A stretch of 64,000 bases of DNA from positions 19,802-83,801 of the forward strand of contig CAZEEV010000004.1 in the NCBI GenBank assembly GCA_964511345.1. The letters are read 5' to 3'. The translations under genes were made by a program, and so were the position numbers. This document shows, piece after piece, positions 59,616 to 64,000 of the stretch (positions are counted from its first letter, which is position 1; every line of letters starts with the position of its first letter). The notes under the pieces were generated by a model. That model had not been told where the DNA came from. It did no database searches and saw only the letters and a list, made by a program, of their open reading frames with translations. Source of the DNA: an uncultured Pseudomonadales bacterium. Its GTDB lineage: Bacteria; Patescibacteriota; Microgenomatia; UBA1400; PJMF01.

Positions 59616-60239
59616 ATGTATTTTACTGATTTAAACACACTCAAAACTGATCTAGAAAAAAATTTTCAAAAGTTTCCCCTAGTAGAAAAAGTAACAGATT
59701 TGGTTCATGGTGAAGGCAATGAGTCAGCTGACGTCATGTTGATTGGTGAGGCACCTGGCTATTATGAAAGCGTTGAACGAAGGCCATTTGTTGGTCGATC
59801 AGGACAACTCTTGCGTAAAGTTTTAGCAGAAAGCGGTTTGCAGGCAAGTCAAGTTTACATTAGCAATATTATTAAAGTTAGACCTCCGGATAACCGCGAT
59901 CCGCTTCCTCATGAAATTTTAGCCTTCAAACCTTATTTAGATGCGGAAATTGACCTGATTAAGCCAAAATTAATTGTCACTTTAGGTCGTTTTAGTATGG
60001 CTAAATTTTTGCCAGATGTAAAAGTTTCTCAAGTACATGGACGCTTACATAAAATCAAGTGGAATGACAGAACTCTTTTCATTTTGCCAATGTATCATCC
60101 AGCAGCTGCTTTGCGAGCGACAAAAATCAAAGAGTCTTTTGTCAATGATTTTGCTAAAATTGAGAAGATCATTGCTTTTGTACAAACATCCAAAGACAAC
60201 GAAGTTTTTAAAGAAACTGTTAAAGAAGCTTTGTTATGA
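59616..60239 (+). CDS. udg: Uracil-DNA glycosylase, family 4-like, without Fe-S cysteines
   Basis: IGEAPG, PFVGRSG, SNIIKVRPPDNRDP, YHPAAALR. Confidence 0.9.
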   Translation: MYFTDLNTLKTDLEKNFQKFPLVEKVTDLVHGEGNESADVMLIGEAPGYYESVERRPFVGRSGQLLRKVLAESGLQASQVYISNIIKVRPPDNRDPLPHEILAFKPYLDAEIDLIKPKLIVTLGRFSMAKFLPDVKVSQVHGRLHKIKWNDRTLFILPMYHPAAALRATKIKESFVNDFAKIEKIIAFVQTSKDNEVFKETVKEALL

Positions 60240-60270
60240 AGATTATTAAAACAAGAAAGTAAAAAAAATT

Positions 60271-61944
60271 ATGATGGAAAATATGAACAAATTAAAACTT
60301 CTCCCACTGGGTGGTATGGGCGGCGTTACTCAAAACATGTATCTTTATCAATATGAAGAAGAAATTTTACTGGTGGACTGTGGTATTGGTTTTCCAGATA
60401 TGTACATGCCAGGAGTGGATACTTTGATTCCAGATATTACTTATTTACAAGATCAGTTGGAAAAAGGTGCCAAGATTGTTGGTATGATTCTGAGTCATGG
60501 TCATGACGATCACATTGGGGCTCTGCCTTATTTGTTAGATGAATTACCAGTATTTCCAATTTATGCTTCTCCGCTGACAGCTGGTTTTGCGCGAGATCGT
60601 CTTTTGGATAAAAAACTTGACCGAGAGATTAAAGTAGCACCTGATAAAGAAATGATTCAAATTGGTCAGTATTTTTCTTTTGAATTAATTGCCATGACTC
60701 ATTCGGTGCCGGATACGCGCCATATCGTGATTCAAACCCCAGTGGGTAGAATCTATCACGGCAGTGATTTTAAGCTTGATAAGTCTCCAGTAGATGGAGT
60801 GTTATCAGATCTTGATGAAGTAAAAAGAGTGGCTGATCAAGGAATTTTGTTAGGCTTAATTGATTGTTTGCGAGTAGAACAAGAAACTTGGACCAAGTCT
60901 GAATCTTCCATCAAATTATCACTTGAAGAAGAAATGGCGAATGTTAAAGGTAAAATCTTGGTGACCCTGATGAGTTCACACATTCACCGTATTCAGCAAG
61001 TCATTGATGTTTGTGAACAAATTGGTCGCCAAGTAGTTTTTGTTGGTCGCAGTGTAGAACAAAATGTCGTAGCAGCTACTTTGCTCAAAAAGCTTCATAT
61101 TAAACCGGGGACACAGGTAGATAAAAATCATATTAGTGAAGTGCCAGATAGTCGCTTATGTATAATCATCGCTGGTAGTCAGGGACAGGAGGGTTCTTCG
61201 CTAGTGCGAGCCGTTTACGGCGAGCACAGAATTATTCAGATTGCTCCAGAAGACAAAGTGATTTTTTCCGCTAATGTGATTCCTGGCAATGAGATTAACT
61301 ATTATGCAGCTATTGATGAATTATCTGCTAATAATGTGGATGTAGTTTATCCAGAAATTAATCATGGTATTCATGCTTCTGGTCACGCTAGTAGTCCTGA
61401 ACAAAAAGAACTTGCTCAGCTTTTACAAGCCAAGTACTTGATGCCCATTGGTGGTGCTGATCGTCATCGCGCATTTTTTGAGAAAAGAGTAGCTGAGGCT
61501 CTGAATTATGATCATCGCCATGTTTTATTGCCTAAATCTGGAGAAGTCTTGGGTTTTGATGAAACTGAAGTCAAAGTGATTGATGAGGTTTTGCTCAATG
61601 CTAAAGCAGTTGATGGTCTAGGCATTGGTGATGTCGGTCCAGTGGTTTTGTCTGATCGTTTATCACTTTCCAAAGCTGGAATCATCGTTTTGGTTATTCC
61701 CAGAATTGCTGGAGAATTCGATTTTATGGAAATGAAAGTGGTTTCTAGAGGTTTTGTCTTTATGAAAGAGGCTGATGAAGTAATCCAATTTATCAAGCAA
61801 AAGACCGCTGAAATTGTTGGTGAAGAAAAGCAAAAAATCAAAGATGATGAATTGAAGAAAAAAATCGAGCGCCGTTTGGCAAAGAAACTTTACAAGGTCA
61901 TTCGTCGAGAACCCATCATCGTTCCAGTCTTTATCGAAATGTAA
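60271..61944 (+). CDS. rnj: Ribonuclease J
   Basis: PLGGMGGV, SHGHDDHIG, HSVPD, GSQG, HASGH, SRGFV. Confidence 0.95.
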   Translation: MMENMNKLKLLPLGGMGGVTQNMYLYQYEEEILLVDCGIGFPDMYMPGVDTLIPDITYLQDQLEKGAKIVGMILSHGHDDHIGALPYLLDELPVFPIYASPLTAGFARDRLLDKKLDREIKVAPDKEMIQIGQYFSFELIAMTHSVPDTRHIVIQTPVGRIYHGSDFKLDKSPVDGVLSDLDEVKRVADQGILLGLIDCLRVEQETWTKSESSIKLSLEEEMANVKGKILVTLMSSHIHRIQQVIDVCEQIGRQVVFVGRSVEQNVVAATLLKKLHIKPGTQVDKNHISEVPDSRLCIIIAGSQGQEGSSLVRAVYGEHRIIQIAPEDKVIFSANVIPGNEINYYAAIDELSANNVDVVYPEINHGIHASGHASSPEQKELAQLLQAKYLMPIGGADRHRAFFEKRVAEALNYDHRHVLLPKSGEVLGFDETEVKVIDEVLLNAKAVDGLGIGDVGPVVLSDRLSLSKAGIIVLVIPRIAGEFDFMEMKVVSRGFVFMKEADEVIQFIKQKTAEIVGEEKQKIKDDELKKKIERRLAKKLYKVIRREPIIVPVFIEM

Positions 61945-62037
61945 GTTCGCTTGCTACTTGATGAAGATTGTGTGATACTTGACTTGTATAAGTGTTTTAT
62001 GTTATATCCTATAATAATATAAATAAAGTCTTTATTT

Positions 62038-64000
62038 ATGGCAAAATTGTTTAAATCAAGAAAAAGAAAAAAGCGTCAAGCTATACGCCTTAAAATGCGT
62101 ACGGATACGAGCTATTCTATAGTGGCAGTCCTGTTAATATTGCTAGGTTTATTAGTAGTGATTTCTTTCACTGGCCAAGGTCAATTACTAGTTTTTATCA
62201 ATGATTTTTTATCTTTAAAATTTGGTTTATCGATGTTTTTTTTGCCTTTTGTTTTTATTTCTGCCGGATTGGTTATGTTGCGTAGCAAGCACGCCTGGTC
62301 TAAACCAACCATTCTTTTGGGCACAATTTTATTAATGATGGGTACGATGGGTATGACCAAGAGTGGCCAAATTGGTAATAACGTTTTTCACAACTTTTCC
62401 AGACTTATTACTGAATCTGGAGCTTACGCTTTCTTTTTAGCAGTAGCTCTGATTGGGATTTTGATTTTATCCCAGTCTTCTTTATTAGAAATTTTTACCC
62501 TTTTGGGTAAATTATTTAAGCGTAGTGAGAAAGTCAAGTTACCACAAAAAGACCTTTTTGCTGATCAAGTCTCTGAAAAAGAAATTGCCAAGGCCAAAGG
62601 TTTTTCGATTCCAAGCTTTGGCTTTGGCTTGAATAAAAATAAAGAGTTGAAGGCAGGCGAAGCTTTTAATAAAGAAATTGAGCAAGACAATACTTCTGCT
62701 AAAGCAATTATTGAAGATGAGGTTAAAAGAGAAGTTGGTACGGGTTTAGATCAAAAAGAAACTCTCAATGTTTCTTCAGTGCCAATGATGTGGGATTATC
62801 CACCTTTGTCCTTGTTATCCCAGAAATCTGGTGGCAAAGCTGATCGTGGCGATGTGAAGGGTAATGCGTCGATTATTGAAAACACTTTGGAATCATTTGG
62901 TATTCAGGCCAAGGTAGTGGAATATAATCCTGGTCCAGCAGTGACGCAGTATGCTTTGGAAATTAACAAAGGTACTCGTTTAGCTAAAATTACCGCCCTT
63001 TCCACTGATTTAGCTTTGGCTTTATCTGCACCTACTGGGCAGATTCGTATTGAAGCTCCAATTCCTGGTCGTAATTTGGTCGGTGTAGAAGTGCCAAACC
63101 GCAGTGCTGAATATGTAACCCTTAAAACCATGCTATCAGCTCCAGCGATGAAGAAGCATAAATCCAAATTAGCTGTGGCTTTGGGTATTGATGTGGCTGG
63201 TAATCCAGCAATTGTAGATATTGCTACTATGCCTCATTTACTGATTGCCGGTTCGACTGGTTCTGGTAAATCAGTCTGTATTAACTCTTTCATGTGTTCG
63301 ATTCTTTTTAGAGCTACTCCTGAAGAAGTTAAATTTATTTTAGTTGATCCTAAACGTGTTGAATTGACTGGTTATAACGATATTCCTCATCTTTTGACTC
63401 CAGTTATTGTCGAGCCTAATAAAGTCGTTTCTTCTCTGAAATGGGCTTGTCAAGAAATGGATAAGCGCTACAAAATGCTTTCTGAAGTTGGGGTTAAAAA
63501 TATTAGTGAATATAACGAATTAGCTGGTTTAGCTACCATGCCAAGCATCGTAATTGTAATTGATGAGTTGGCTGATGTGATGCTGTTTGCTCCAGCTGAG
63601 GTGGAAGAGAGTGTGACTCGTATTGCACAAATGGCTCGCGCCGTGGGTATTCACCTGGTTTTGGCCACTCAGCGTCCTTCAGTTGATGTTTTGACAGGTT
63701 TGATCAAAGCTAACGTGCCAACTCGTATCGCCTTTAATGTGGCTTCGATGATGGACAGTCGTGTGATTTTGGACAGTCCAGGAGCAGAAAAATTACTTGG
63801 TCGTGGTGATATGCTTTTCCAGGCCCCAGACAAACCAAAACCATCTCGTGTACAAGGCACTTTTGTCAGTGCTGGAGAGACTAATAATTTAATTAGCTTT
63901 TTGAAATCTCAAGGTCAAAAGCCACATTATGAAGAAGAAATTTTAAATAAGTTTCAATCTGGTAAAGTTAGCGGAGGCAGTATGGGTATGGATGCTAGCG
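62038..64000 (+). CDS. ftsK: DNA translocase FtsK/SpoIIIE, runs off the window
   Basis: Manual translation from ATG 62038: N-terminal TMs, IRIEAPIPG, PHLLIAGSTGSGKS, IDELAD, LATQRPSVDV, GAEKLLGRGDML. Confidence 0.96.
   Translation, partial: MAKLFKSRKRKKRQAIRLKMRTDTSYSIVAVLLILLGLLVVISFTGQGQLLVFINDFLSLKFGLSMFFLPFVFISAGLVMLRSKHAWSKPTILLGTILLMMGTMGMTKSGQIGNNVFHNFSRLITESGAYAFFLAVALIGILILSQSSLLEIFTLLGKLFKRSEKVKLPQKDLFADQVSEKEIAKAKGFSIPSFGFGLNKNKELKAGEAFNKEIEQDNTSAKAIIEDEVKREVGTGLDQKETLNVSSVPMMWDYPPLSLLSQKSGGKADRGDVKGNASIIENTLESFGIQAKVVEYNPGPAVTQYALEINKGTRLAKITALSTDLALALSAPTGQIRIEAPIPGRNLVGVEVPNRSAEYVTLKTMLSAPAMKKHKSKLAVALGIDVAGNPAIVDIATMPHLLIAGSTGSGKSVCINSFMCSILFRATPEEVKFILVDPKRVELTGYNDIPHLLTPVIVEPNKVVSSLKWACQEMDKRYKMLSEVGVKNISEYNELAGLATMPSIVIVIDELADVMLFAPAEVEESVTRIAQMARAVGIHLVLATQRPSVDVLTGLIKANVPTRIAFNVASMMDSRVILDSPGAEKLLGRGDMLFQAPDKPKPSRVQGTFVSAGETNNLISFLKSQGQKPHYEEEILNKFQSGKVSGGSMGMDAS

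Noticed and set aside
61981-62007. dif-like site GACTTGTATAA-GTGTT-TTATGTTATAT upstream of ftsK
   Set aside because: The right arm resembles a XerD arm, but the core is 5 bp rather than 6-8, it lies in a promoter region, and gene orientation does not switch here. A genome-wide GC-skew analysis would be needed to revive it.
62904-63860. ORF-track minus-strand ORFs 62904-63167 and 63669-63860
   Set aside because: Antisense shadows of ftsK, like the many 60-170 aa antisense ORFs within groEL, ftsH, dnaK, nusA, pnp and rnj.

Overview
AT-rich bacterial chromosome segment, standard genetic code, mostly + strand genes. The gene set points to a Patescibacteria/CPR, Microgenomates-like genome (inference): N-terminally truncated IF2, C-terminal-only ATP synthase delta, stand-alone 5'-3' exonuclease, protease-less Lon, TsaC-TsaE fusion and DUF5667. 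Content is mainly housekeeping: two class A PBPs, nrdR plus a class II RNR, cmk, smpB, tsaC/E-tsaD, groES/EL, two divergent Met tRNAs, a Xer-family recombinase, ddl, ftsH, the atpBEFHAGDC operon, hrcA-grpE-dnaK-dnaJ, nusA-infB-rpsO-pnp, galU, sodA, a nucleotide house-cleaning/pentose cluster, udg, rnj and a partial ftsK. I found no CRISPR array, rRNA, transposase or prophage. The most notable observations are: (1) GroES with a 12-Cys metallothionein-like insertion in its roof hairpin; (2) a PBP whose cytoplasmic N-terminus carries exact 50-aa repeats with AT-hook-like GRP/GRK cores; (3) an unannotated 34-aa peptide gene with a sequestered SD, promoter and terminator, resembling a type I toxin; (4) an RnlA-like HEPN nuclease co-transcribed with a redundant P-loop NMP kinase; (5) two long palindromic multi-branch intergenic elements and a REP-like doublet; (6) an atypical 69-nt initiator tRNA together with many apparently leaderless genes. 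All family assignments come from motif recognition by eye; no searches were run.
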